64,000 nucleotides of DNA from Amphiscolops sp. MND2022 (taxonomy: Eukaryota), in assembly GCA_964187785.1 (NCBI GenBank), contig OZ076417.1, positions 15,748,001 through 15,812,000 of the forward strand, written 5' to 3'. The notes below the pieces were generated by a model. The model was not told where the DNA came from and did no database searches. It was given only the letters and a program-made list of their open reading frames with translations. A program made the position numbers and the translations under genes. Shown piece after piece: positions 20,958 to 33,298 of this stretch. Each line of letters starts with the position of its first letter. Position 1 is the stretch's first letter.

Positions 20958-21559
20958 CACACAAACAACAATTCTGACCTATTTCTCGTTGAATTTGGTG
21001 ATGACCAAATTACACCTCGTATCCAAGATAAAAATAATACTGTTATATATACACCTCTTGGCTACTTTTCACTCCAATCGGTGTTATCTTTTTTTCACTT
21101 CTTAAGACAAGTAACCTATTAAAAACAAGAAACAAGTTCAAAACATTACTTGAAATCGATAATATTGAAACCGACTTGTATGAAGATTATGATCCCGTTA
21201 CAGCAAGATTTCCAAACTCATACCTCAATCCACTTAACATTCAACCTACTAAGAATAATGTCCTTTTAAAATTCACAATCAAACATTCCATGACTCTGCC
21301 CTTTCTGTTGATATAATGACCAACCTAGCGAACTCTTCCATCGAGATTCCTATCACATCTCCTATATCTAATGATAACTCAAACTCATGGTAAACCCACT
21401 TCTACTCAATCTTTCCATTTTTTGACCCATCGTTCTTCACTCATTGTAGAACAATCGAGAACTTCTTTTTCCTTTGCAATACTTTCTGAACGACACCCAT
21501 TCTTTTTCAAGCTGAAAAGGGAAACCCTTTTCTCGCATTTGTTTGCCATTTAAACTTTT

Positions 21560-22700
21560 TTTGCTGCCTTCGATAACACCCATTCACATGCTCATGGAAA
21601 AACTCTTTTGTACAACTTCCAATCACGTTTATTAGTCCTCATTTACCTATAGGGTTCGCTATTATCGTCGAGGATTGTGTTGAATGCCAGATCAATAAGT
21701 TTTTTCCTGTAAAACCTCATAACAATTATCCTCCATTGCCCCTTAATGAGAACGCCTCTCATTTCACTTAGAGAAACGCAATTGACACATGAGGCCCTAC
21801 CTTGCCTTTTTGTCGAAAAACTCTAGTCTTTTTGTCATTACTGATGCTTTTAGTCACTTTGTTGACACAAGTCCAACTCCTGAAAACTCTTCTACTTATG
21901 CCATTCATACACTTAAAAACTCTTTCATCAATAGATTACAGAATTTGACCCTCCTCAAAATTAGTAACCGGTAGAGGTACTGAATCTATCAATCAAGATA
22001 TAGCTGATCTTTGATCAATTTCGTTTTCACATTAATCACACGCCACGTACCCATATTCCCCACGGCCAAATAGTTTAGTTGAAGTTCAGAATCGTATGTT
22101 TGGAACTCATCTACGCTTCTTTTTGCAAATTCCCCATGTTTGGTCCTTGCAAACTCAAAAGTATGCTTTGGCTCATCACACCACTCCTCTTTCACAACAT
22201 ATACTTTCTCAATACCAAATTGTTTTCCATACACACCCACACATTCCTTTACCCCTTTCTCTCAATTTATTATGTAACTCTTCCAAAGATTTTATTGCCA
22301 CTTATTAGGATTTTCTTTCACCACACACCCAATATAGTGTATGATCTCAATACGTTTCTCTCATTACTAAATCCATTTCTGCTTGGCTTTTATCCACTGA
22401 ACAAGCAATTTTAGAGACATACTCTACTGTCCATTGTCTTGAAACTAGCAATTGAAATGCTCAATCCTCCACATTTGAAAATACTCATTTAAAATATTTC
22501 CTTCTCAAAACTTCTGTTAAACATACAAACTTCAAACCTGTCAACTTCTCCAATAAACTCAAACCTCTCAAGGTTTGCACCTATAAAATTATTCGAACAT
22601 CTCGCAGACGTCACATAAGAACTTATGGCCCAAGATGTTTCTACATTTGACACCCACTGTACTCAAATCTTACTTTTCAACCCAAAAAGTTTTTTTGTTT
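21560..22700 (+). pseudogene. Copy A integrase remnant
   Basis: H..H..EDCVECQ zinc finger, VITDAFSHFV, PRPNSLVEVQN, and a GPY-like C-terminal region; many lesions. Confidence 0.85.
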
Positions 22701-25187
22701 TCCATGTACTCGCCAATAACATTCAACTCTGTCACTTCTTAACAACCCTGATACTGATTCTTATCAAAAAACCTATATCAATCCTTTACTTCTACTTAAA
22801 ATCAACCACTTGAATCTTTTAACCCGAACACGTCAGGTAAAACAAGTTCACAAAACCAAAATGTTTCACCCTCATCTGATTATCATAACCTCTCTGATTC
22901 TGATCTTACCAATCAGTCCCTATTACTACGGTTGACTCATTTAATTCCGATTAGGAAATATTCCAAAATCCTATCTACCAATCTTCTTCCAACCCACTAC
23001 CTTGTAAATCTTCTAAACTTCGTTCTTTTCCAACATTTTTCCCACGCGTTGCGGGTTCTTCCACCTTTGAATCTCCTCCTGAAAGTCAAACGCATTCATA
23101 CTCGTGCTCATCATTCACCTTATGATTTACGTAAACTTCCACCAAAAAACTTTTTATGATTCTCACATAATATCAGTTTACCACCAAGAATTACCATTCA
23201 CCATTTAATTGTATTGCAACTTTTCCCTTCAGTTGATTGTCTAGACATCCATCTGATTTTAAACCTAATAATCCAAAATCAATCAGTACCTTCTCTTACG
23301 AATCCATTACTGCTACTTCATCATGAACTTCTGACCGCTCAGTTGGCTAAGGGAATACGTTCAGATATCTACTATAGCTTAGTCATACGAACACTATGTG
23401 AAATCAAATTCCTGTTTCAATATTAATTACTTTCCTCATTTTACGTTTTCATCCTGGATTCTCCTGTTATTATCTCATCTAGTCCTACAACAGACACCAA
23501 CTCATCTGATTCGTCTTATGTTTCCACAGACACCAGAAACTATTATCAAACCTCTTCTTTAATTTAACATCGCCCACCTTTAATTCAATCCTTGTAAACT
23601 TTCTTTGAACACTACTCCGACGAATACTGTTAAACATACTGTTAAAACAAATGTTGATAAACTCAACTCTCAAGAATCTATAGCCCTTCCTCCTTTGTAT
23701 ACAGAATATAACTTAACTCCTTTTGGTATCACACCAACCCATTCACCCACTCCTCCTTTCCGCACATTCCTAGTGAAAATGATCCTGTCCATTTACGAAC
23801 TTTTAATAAAGCACCTCGGAAATCAATCCGCGTATCCACTTCTATTGAACGTCGCTCTCTCGACTTTCCCCACTTGACTCCTCTTTTCTATCTCCCAAGT
23901 CTTTAGCTACTCCTGTTCCTGAACCCCTTGATACACTTAGTGGGAAATACTCTTTAAGTGACGTAGATTTTATACGTTTCCTCTCCTTTATCCCCGTCTG
24001 CCATCACAAACCGCCTCTAAACATACCACCTCCTGTTTAGATAACCTCTTAGCTACTTCATCTGAAATTACAGCCCGTACGTCGAAGATATTTTCATCGT
24101 TTTTATCGTAGCCCTCGCCATCCTTTCTAGTACTAACTCCTCTTTAGTTAAACATCACGCTCAGTCAGTCTCCTCTGACGTTCCCTCGTCCCAAGTTTAA
24201 TACCCAAACCTCTGGAGTAGAAATTGCTTTTTCACAACGTTCCTCATTTTCTTCCTTCAACTCTCCCGGACATCTTTTCTCTCGAGCCACTTCTCGAAAT
24301 CTTAGTTCATTATCCCCAGATAGCCACTTTTGAAGCGTTTACATCACTACCGATCAAAATTATGCTCCTGCTACGCCACCAATTCCGTTTTTTCAACAAC
24401 GCTCCGCTGTCAGAGAAATGACCTAGAAACTTCAAACTCACAATCCCCGCAACCCAAAGCTCTCACAACTGCCCTGAGGTGAAGCAAGTCCTGCAACAAA
24501 AAAATGACCACTCCAAAGTGTATAAAAAACATCTTGAAAACTATAACAACGCTCTCAAGCGAAATAAACATTATTTAGACGAAGTGAATTCAGAACAACT
24601 CACTGAAAGAAATACAATCGCAAGTAATCTGAACCAAATAGCTAATTATTTAATTTCTTCCTCACCTTTATCTGAAGTCAAATCTGTTTTTATACGAGCC
24701 CTAATATCAACCACTCACTATTCTAATAACCCCATAGTTATATTAATTGCCAGCAACATTCCCCTCACTTCCAACAATATGTTCACATCTTGCCTCTCTT
24801 CTTTGTCAACTAAAGGCCTCAATTCCTCAACCACCGCCATTCCCTGTGCTCATCCGCAAAAAAGTTGAAGCTCTCATGCCCCCGACACTTAATTGTCTGA
24901 ATGATTTAAAAGCATTGGCCACTTCTTTGCAAGGTTTCATGTTTTGTTTTTTCAAACAGTAAATGTAAAAATTTGTTCAAAAAACTCTTTTAAATTCTTG
25001 CATCTTCTCTTATTCTGTTTCTCACGTTGCAATTTTTCCTTTTTTTAAACCCGCTCTCACTGAAGTCCTTCTTTTAAAAAAGTCCTTATTTACTGCCATT
25101 TCTTTCCAAAAAACTGTCGAAATTTCCCTGAATGTACAATCTCGATGCTAATTTCTTATGCTATAATCTCGTTTCAATCGAACTTAT

Positions 25188-25605
25188 TGTGATGCCATGA
25201 TGCATGTCTTCAAAGATTCTATAAATCTGAAATAGTCTGAACTCCTAACCCAAGTAATTAGTAGTTGTAATTCTATTTGAAAGTTAATTATCTTTGGAGA
25301 AACTTCACTTAATATATCATGTAACAAGCTTCTCAGATTCATCCTGTTACTATCATTTCTAATAATGTAAATGAATGAAATCTACCCTAGTTTGATAGAA
25401 TATATCCACTCGGAGAAAATTAGAATCTAATCCACCAAACGGTCTTCCTCTTCAGAACAACTAACTGAGATCTCAGAGAGATTAGACTTAAAACTGGCTA
25501 GCTAAACTAACTTGAAACAAGACGAATTTGCTGTTAATTTTTAGACTTTTTATGTCTGTAACAAAACATCTAAAAGAAACAACACGACTACTTTTTAACA
25601 GCTCA
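25188..25605 (+). repeat. Copy B 5' LTR (418 bp)
   Basis: TGTGATGCCATGATGC...TTAACAGCTCA; about 28 differences from the 3' LTR by manual alignment (~93% identity). Confidence 0.95.
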
Positions 25606-25607
25606 AT

Positions 25608-25620
25608 TGGTGCGACCAAG
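25608..25620 (+). promoter_or_regulatory. Copy B primer binding site
   Basis: TGGTGCGACCAAG begins 2 nt after the LTR; copy C has TGGTGCGTTCAAG in the same position. Confidence 0.75.
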
Positions 25621-25803
25621 AAAAATCCTCTTCTTTCTCTCCCATTCATTTACAAAAATCTACAACTTTTGTACACCCTTTCTCGACTTTCTTATCAGAT
25701 ACCTCTTTGTTCGACACACATTTTCTCCACCTCTCAATATTGCCTACCGTTTTTAACTTCAAACGTTGCAACCAATTTCTATGGAAATTGATTCGTGTTG
25801 CTA

Positions 25804-26026
25804 TGGTTCTGACTACGTTCTTCCAGGTAATTCCTGTCAGTTACATTTCTTGGTTCTGACTGCGTTCCTCAACGTAATTCCTGTCAGTCATATTTCTTGG
25901 TTCTGACTGCGTTTCTTAACGTAATTCTCGTCAGTTACTTTTTCGTTACAACCACCTCTGAGTGAATTCGTGTTGACTTTCTCTCATTCTTCCGTTCCAA
26001 CCGCAGACGTGCGATACGTGTTGGCC
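25804..26026 (+). repeat. 5' leader hairpin array: three 47-bp tandem units plus two CCAAC...GTTGG-type stem-loops
   Basis: TGGTTCTGAC starts at 25804, 25851 and 25898; each unit has CTGAC...GTCAG pairing. Second motif at ~25942-25977 (degenerate) and 25992-26026. Confidence 0.85.
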
Positions 26027-26785
26027 TTTCTACAGTGCTATCCAGCGGTTCCTGCTAGTAAAATAATTTGGTTTTAGCCGCTTGGATTAACTTTAAAGTT
26101 GGCACACCTATATAACATATATCTTTTTACACCACACTTTTTTAGAACCTCTCTTTCCTGTCTCTAATATAGTGCAGACCATATACAAAACTTTTTCAAA
26201 ACCAGTTTACGGATCCAAATATATAACAAATGAACCATGTGATCCAAATATAAAACAAATAAACCATATGATCTAAATACATAACAAATAAACCATATAT
26301 ATAACAAACAAAATCAAATAATAGTTAATATAACTTTCAATTTTTCACACATTTATACCAAACTTTTTATACAACTTTTTGACATACTCTTGACAGAACT
26401 CTATTGTACATGTCGCCTTCAGTAGATAATGTAGTTGAGCTCATTGTCTGCTTTTGGTTCTTTGTTGCACTCGATGCCGGCCTTGAACTTTTTCTTGACA
26501 GCTTTTTGATATCTTTTATACCAAAATTCTAACGTATAATTTTTTTTCTATGTTAACAAGCCTAGTACTCCTCTTTTTGGACTACTTAGTTTTTATTATA
26601 CAATTTATACTCTTATAAAATATACACATAACCCATTTTTCCTTTTCCTGTGTACACTACTTACAATATTCCTACAAATTGTATTTGTAGACCAAATATT
26701 ACCATATAACTCTCAATTTAATACAAAATATCTTCTTTTCCAATACATCTATCCTTTATGGCAATCCTATTATACTTACTAAATT

Positions 26786-29700
26786 TTGCAACATATAATG
26801 CGTCCTCCCCCATTTGTGTTATCTACAGATAAAAGACAAAATCGATCTCTTATACAAGATGTAACACCTTTTTTAAACAACCTCATCTTTCAGTACACAA
26901 ACCCACTTCCATTTGAAACAGAACCCCATACGATACATACTATTCCATTGGCAAGAGAACAATGTGACTCTTATCTTTATTACATTCGATATTAAACACT
27001 TGAAATAACACAATCGCAAAAATCCTTTCAAGTTATTTTAAACCCAGTTAAAGGAATAAGTACTGGAACATACCATGGAACAATCCATCCACAAAAGATT
27101 ACACTCTCTATACAAGATGTTTTCCTCACGTCAATGCAAAAACTTATTGAATTCAATGAAAACCAAGATACACCGCTTTACCTTCCTCTCACTTAGAAGA
27201 CCTGAAACACAAATCTGATTTTTTTGAGGTCCCAGACCTTGAAACAAGAATTCATAGACATGATAACCCTCATTATTGGCTACAACAAGATATATTACAA
27301 GTAAAAAACTTCCAATACAGATCCTTTAACAGTATTACCTTTACGGACGACACTATTCCTCAAGTCAAAGTCTTCACTGAATTTTTTAATGTTTTTCAGA
27401 TTTGACTATCAATTGCTCTGGGATCAACAAGATCAACAAGCTTACATTCATTTTCCTCAAATACTAACACAAACTGAACTCTTACCATATATCATAAACC
27501 AGAGCCGCATATGCGGTAAAGGAGTCGGCTTAAGTTTTTTTCCTTCTGACTCGCTTTCGTTCGAATCGTATGAACAGTTTGTGAGAAAATCGAAAAAATC
27601 GAAAAATGACTGTTTTTGTGGCCATTTTTGGACTAAATTTGGCTATGTTTCTCACATCCCAGCCATACGAATTTAATGAAATTTTACATTAAAGGACCAT
27701 AATATGGTGTAAAATGACTGTAGAAAATTTCGTTCGAATCATATGGGCAGTTTTTGAGAAAATCGAAAAATGACTGTTTTTTGGCCATTTTTGGGCTAAT
27801 TTTGGCTACGTTTCTCACATCCCAGCCATACGATTTTGATGCCATTGCACATATAGTACTCTAATATGGTGTAAAATAACTGTAGAAATTTTAGTTCGAA
27901 TCGTATGGACAGTTTTTGAGAAAATCGAAAAAACTCGGAAAATGGCTGTTTTTTGGCCATTTTCGGGCTAATTTTGGCTATGTTTCTCACATCCCAGCCA
28001 TACGATTTTGATGCCTTTGCACACGCAGGGGCCCTTTGGGTGTAGAAAGACTGTGCAAAATTTCGTGAAAATCGTAAGAACAATTTTTGAGAAAATTGAA
28101 ATTTTCATGAAAAGGTCGGGAGAAAAAAAAACAAAAAAAAGCACGATTGCATAAGTGGTCGAAAATTTTTTCCGACTCCTACAAATGAACATAGACATTT
28201 ACAGTGCAGGGATCTTACCTCATTTAATACTACTTATTTTGAGCAAATAAATCGAGATCACACCTTTTAAGTTGAACATTCCGAAACATCAGATAACAGA
28301 CCTTATATTACATCTAACATTTCCCCTGAAACAACCCCAGAAGAACAAACCTCTAATGTTGTACCTCAAAAAACTAGACAACATTCAGTACAATCAAAAC
28401 GAGATGACTTTGTTAACTTTTTTCAAAATCAAGAACCTCATCAATTAAACCCACTATATCCACAATTACCACAAGCTTCTGATATACAACAGTTATATCC
28501 TTCTGAAACAGCTTCAATACAAAATGCATCAGAAGTCTCTGAAGAAACTGTACAGACTGTCCAAAATACACACAGTCTTACGATAACTAATGACTCAAAT
28601 CTTATACAAATTCCTACCCACAATATCCCTATCACACAAGACGAAGACGAAACTAGTAACCAAAACCAAGACAACACTTTAAGTACAACTCAAGATAAAA
28701 CCTCTTTTTTATCTACATCTCATACTTTTGTTACACAACCATCTAAGACAAAAACATCACCTCGCCAAAATTATGACCCACCTTCTATTCCACCTCAATT
28801 CTCAACTCAAATTCTCACTCATAATTTTCCTCAACAAGGCTCTTCCAATACACAACACACCAATACAGTCCATTTTCAAAAACCAACTCCCCCATCACCT
28901 CCTGAAATACAAACTTCAACTTATACTCCAGCTCAAAGTAATCCAGTACAAAATGTATAAACTAGTTTGAATAATAACACTATTCTTTCAAACCCACCTT
29001 TCAATTACACAACTTCTAGACACCTTTCTAGACCTCCATTACAACCCATATTAACTAATTCATTATCCTACAATCTTACAAGTACAAACTCGAGTCATAC
29101 ACAGCAATCTCAAACACTAACCGACGCAATTCGTTAAACACTTTTCCTCCTCCACAAACGTCTAATACAATCATTCCTACATTACAAAACTCACAATGTC
29201 AAATATCACACCCTCCTTCAGCAAATATTAGAACTAATCCTCACTTTCATAAAACAACTACCATCTCTTTTACAGACATTTCCAATGTTCCTACATACAA
29301 CACAGTACCACCATCTACAATATCACAAAATACAATTTCACAACCGACATATATCAACTCCTCTACTTCAATATCAGAACCTATCAAACCTTTGGATGGT
29401 TTAGATCATAATTATACACCTGGAGAATACTTACAACCTATTGAGGCACGTGTTACATTTTCCTTAGAATAACAACCATTTTCTGAACATGAATACAAAT
29501 TTTGTAACGCTCGTCGCATGGCTTTTATACAATGTTCTTTAACAGGTACAGCACTCAGTTGGTACATTCGTTTAAATGACACTTATGAACAAGATTGGTA
29601 CGCTTTTGTACAAGCTTTCAAGAAACAATTCTCTTCACAAAAGAACGCTTACTATGCTCAAGTTGAAGCCCTTAACCTATTCAAAAAGGATAATGAAACA

Positions 29701-30640
29701 TTACGCCATTTTGCAATCAAAATTCTACAACTGGTTGAAAAAGCCTGTTGTAATGAGAACGCATCCACTATTAACCTCAAATGTAATGAAATTTTTACAA
29801 AAAAGGACTTCCAAAAAACCTTAAAGACTTTGCAAACAAAAGACAAGTAAAACACACTTCTATTGTCTTAGAACCTTCTATTCCTTTTCATACATTAGTA
29901 AAACTTGTTGATGCTGAAGACATTGCAAATGACAAAATTAGAACACATGATCTTGCACTTGAAGTCAATAACATTACGAAACAATTACACACCCGAACTC
30001 TTGAATCTTCATCACAAGAACAACTCATGTTTACTCAACCAAAAGACCCAAACAACAAAAAAAACTGCAGATAAAAAATATTGTTCATTTTGTCACAGAA
30101 AAAATCACTCCATCTCTGCTTGTTTTAAAAAACAATGAGATGATGAAGACAAACGAGATGCATATGCTCGATCAACTTCCGTTCTCCTTCTAATGATAGA
30201 ACAAAACACTATGATGATCGATATAGAAGTCGAAATACCTCACGTAACAACTCTTACAACAAAAACTATTCACAAAATCGATACCGTTCTACATCTAGAA
30301 ATAGATTTAGCTATGACAAAAGTACTACCCCTCCACAATACTCTAGATCACGATATGATACTTACAAACGCGATTCACGGTCTTACCACTCTCCATACAG
30401 ATCTTCGTATAGATCTCCTTATAGACACAACTATCGCCCTAGATATGATATAGATCACGCTCCTTTTCGAGAGACAATAATTTTACAAAATACCCAATTT
30501 CATACATACCACCTTCTAAACCAAGAGATTCTAGATTTTCTAGATCCCGTTCACACTCCAATCCTAGGAACAAATTTAATATGATACAACCACAAGACCA
30601 ATCTGACCCTATAAAATTTGAAGTACACATGTATCACCCA
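26786..30640 (+). pseudogene. Copy B gag (long N-terminal extension, capsid-like domain, one CCHC knuckle, Arg/Ser-rich tail); fragmented and interrupted by a HINE
   Basis: QCSLTGTALSWY...FKKQFSSQKNAYYAQVEAL (29518-29850); CSFCHRKNHSISAC (30082-30123); collinear with copy C 48411-51170. Confidence 0.85.
27499..28180 (-). mobile_element. Helentron-associated non-autonomous element (HINE/DINE-like), copy 1, with ~170-bp tandem units
   Basis: Subterminal inverted repeat AGGAGTCGG (27520-27528) / CCGACTCCT (28172-28180); terminal palindrome CCGCATATGCGG (27505-27516); no TSD. Removing it approximately restores the gag reading PYII-TNEHRHLQCRDLTSFN. Confidence 0.75.
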
Positions 30641-31760
30641 ACAGCAATGGCAAATGCTGTAACACCTACAAGTTGGTTTTATACTCTATATGTTCATAAA
30701 CCATCAAGTATAACACAAAGATATATCCCATCCAGGCTTGAAATTGCATTCCTTTTAGATAGCGGTGCTTCCATCGCTGTGTTAAACTACCCAACATACA
30801 TAACTCTTACAAAACCTTAGATATCAGACCAAATCACACTTCTGACATTGGACCACATAACACGTCAAAAACATTAACTGTTGCAAATCAAACCGAAGTT
30901 CCCATATTACATTATGCTAATATAATTTTAAACACCACTATTGACGATAAATCTCGTTACTTTTCAGTACCTTTTGCAGTAGCGGATATCAAATACAATA
31001 TCCTTGGTACACCCTTCTATGAAGACAATATACAGAACATAAACATACAAGATTTTACACCAGAATTCAAATACCAATCAAAAACACAACCAAATTATGC
31101 AAAAGTCACAACACTCCTATCTAAAGACTACCCATATTTTTCATACATTCACAGAATTATTTCAAAAACACAAATACGTCTAAAACCCAAGTCTTCTAAA
31201 ATTGCACACTTTCCAATAGAAAATTATCATAATCTTCATTTTACAACTACACCACAAAACCACTTCTTCCCTTCAGTACCACACACCTATTATGCTACTA
31301 AGGTTCGTACAAATTTCAATTTCATTGAAGTTTTACTGATAACAAACCAGACATTTGTGCAACTATTATTCAGAACACCTCCAAACATGTTGCAACATTA
31401 CCTACAGGACATATTGGATATATCGAAGTTCCAGTTACAAATCAAAAACCTAAAATTTTCCATGTCAACGATATTAACACTCTAATACATAATGTTACTC
31501 ATACCTACCATCCTGAAATCACTGAACGAGTTCCACAGACCAATTATATTGTACATTATGATGATACTGCAACTACCCTTCCTCAATTTTCATTACATCA
31601 AATTTATATGACAAATTCTGATATACCAAATCAAACTTCACCTTTATATAACGTCCAACCCACTTCTCACACTTCTGCAAAACGCATTTTTCCTTATTTA
31701 CCATATACTTCTGAAAATCTGCAATTTAGCAACAAATTTAACTTCCAATTTTCTGACCTT
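30640..31760 (+). pseudogene. Copy B aspartic protease and PR-RT linker, ending at the internal deletion junction
   Basis: EIAFLLDSGASIAVLN (DSG codons 30758-30766); YNILGTPF. Homology to copy C pol stops abruptly at TTCTGACCT (~31760). Confidence 0.88.
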
Positions 31761-31999
31761 TTCTGACAGCTCACTACACAAGAACATAATTAACACTCCT
31801 CACACTAATATCCCTAGTGACAGATCAAGACATCCTTTTCAAAACCAAACAGATTCACTTCCTCCTCTAATTGACAGAACTACGAAAACTACTTATAAAC
31901 TACGACACCAACCCAAATTAGATTATAGACTCTTTATACCTCCAACAAAACTTTAGTCTTCATCATTCAACCCACTGGCTCATTGAAAACTGGTCACTA

Positions 32000-33298
32000 A
32001 AAAGCTGAATGCAAAGTAGTCACTAACAAGTTATCAAAACGATAGCCTGTTGAAATACTATTTCCAGAACCCTGGGTTCTTCTTCTGATACAACTCCCTC
32101 AACTCCAAGTATTAACTCCAATATTTAATCTCCAACAACTACCACTACTCACACTCGTAATGTAACACCTGTCACTCCTTCTAAACGACCAAGATCATAC
32201 GTTTCTGAAACATCTTCCTCAACTATTCTTCATGGACCACCTATAACTGAAATCCCTTTTACTACTCGTACTCAACCATCTCCCATTAATACTCCTTTAG
32301 TACATTTACCAAATCCTGAAACTGTTGAGCAATACGTAAATTACAAACATCCTACAGCTATCAAAACTATTAGACTCCAACCTCAACTCAATCTTGTACA
32401 CATTCCTGATATTGAATATACACGTTTACCTCCACTGAAACTACCATCAGAAACCAGTACTACTTCTTCTAAATTAAATCCTCCACTCAAACCCCTTAGA
32501 AAATCTTCTACATCACTGTCAAATCTTTTAGACAATTCCACTGAATATACACCATCACAAGAAACGACAAGCTCACTATTCCTTCCACAACATCGTTATA
32601 ATCTTCGAGACCTCCCTTCACGTAGACTTAGTTTATACACTTCAACACTCAATTTATCCGCTCTTTCCAGCAATTCTGCATTAACACTTGTACGACAACA
32701 CGCACAACTGTTGTCTTCTGAAACACACTCTTCACAACTTATCCCTTCTCCTTATTTCACTTCTGGTTTTGAAACCGCTTCATTACTCTCTTCTGATGCT
32801 CGGACTGCAATTCTATCAGGAAACCTTTTCTCAGAAGTCATAATACCTACTCCTGTCCCTGCACATATTAGACTACCTGAATACTATACTGCAGATCATT
32901 CTAGACCTCCAACTCCTAATTTTGCTGACTATCCACTTCGAGTTGATGGAATAACCATCTACGATCCAAAAAACGATCCTCGATTTCCAATTCTTGCAGA
33001 ACGCTTCCATGCTAACAACGATCTTTTATCTCAGAAAAGAAAAGAAACAGAACTCAAACGTTTCCAGACTTCTAACCTAGAACTTAAAAGTTCTAACCTA
33101 GAAGTCAAAGTCAACTTTCAAGGTTTATATCCACATCCAATTTTTCACGTCTCAAAAATAGAACACAAAACTTCTCCTGCTCCTTTCGAAGTGGTACATT
33201 TTGAAATCGAACGAGATCTTACTCAACCTACCATCACATATGGCAAAATCATTATTTGTATCCCATACTCCTGTCTTAAAAATACCTCTTCCTTCTAG
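32000..33298 (+). pseudogene. Copy B accessory ORF-A (Pro/Ser/Thr-rich N-terminus, conserved C-terminal domain); start approximate
   Basis: 32711-33298 is open (RLPEYYTADHSRPPTPNFADYPLRVDGITIYDP...FQGLYPH..TYGKI). The same peptide is recognisable in copy C 58480-58914. Confidence 0.7.

Larger units (their letters stand above)
15730..25187 (+). mobile_element. Giant Gypsy family copy A: heavily decayed, rearranged, diverged subfamily; no LTR or env found; boundaries approximate
   Basis: gag N-terminus homologous to B/C (FDIPSIEQLR..PHHWLISDFLQ, 16799-17185); SDPIKVFDGLDHTCPPEK (~17925); RT, RH and IN fragments in Gypsy order; same G-poor plus strand as B and C. Confidence 0.8.

Noticed and set aside
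25804-25938. 47-bp repeats, and the 170-bp arrays, as a possible CRISPR array
   Set aside because: Units are contiguous with no unique spacers, there are no cas genes, and the context is eukaryotic retrotransposons.
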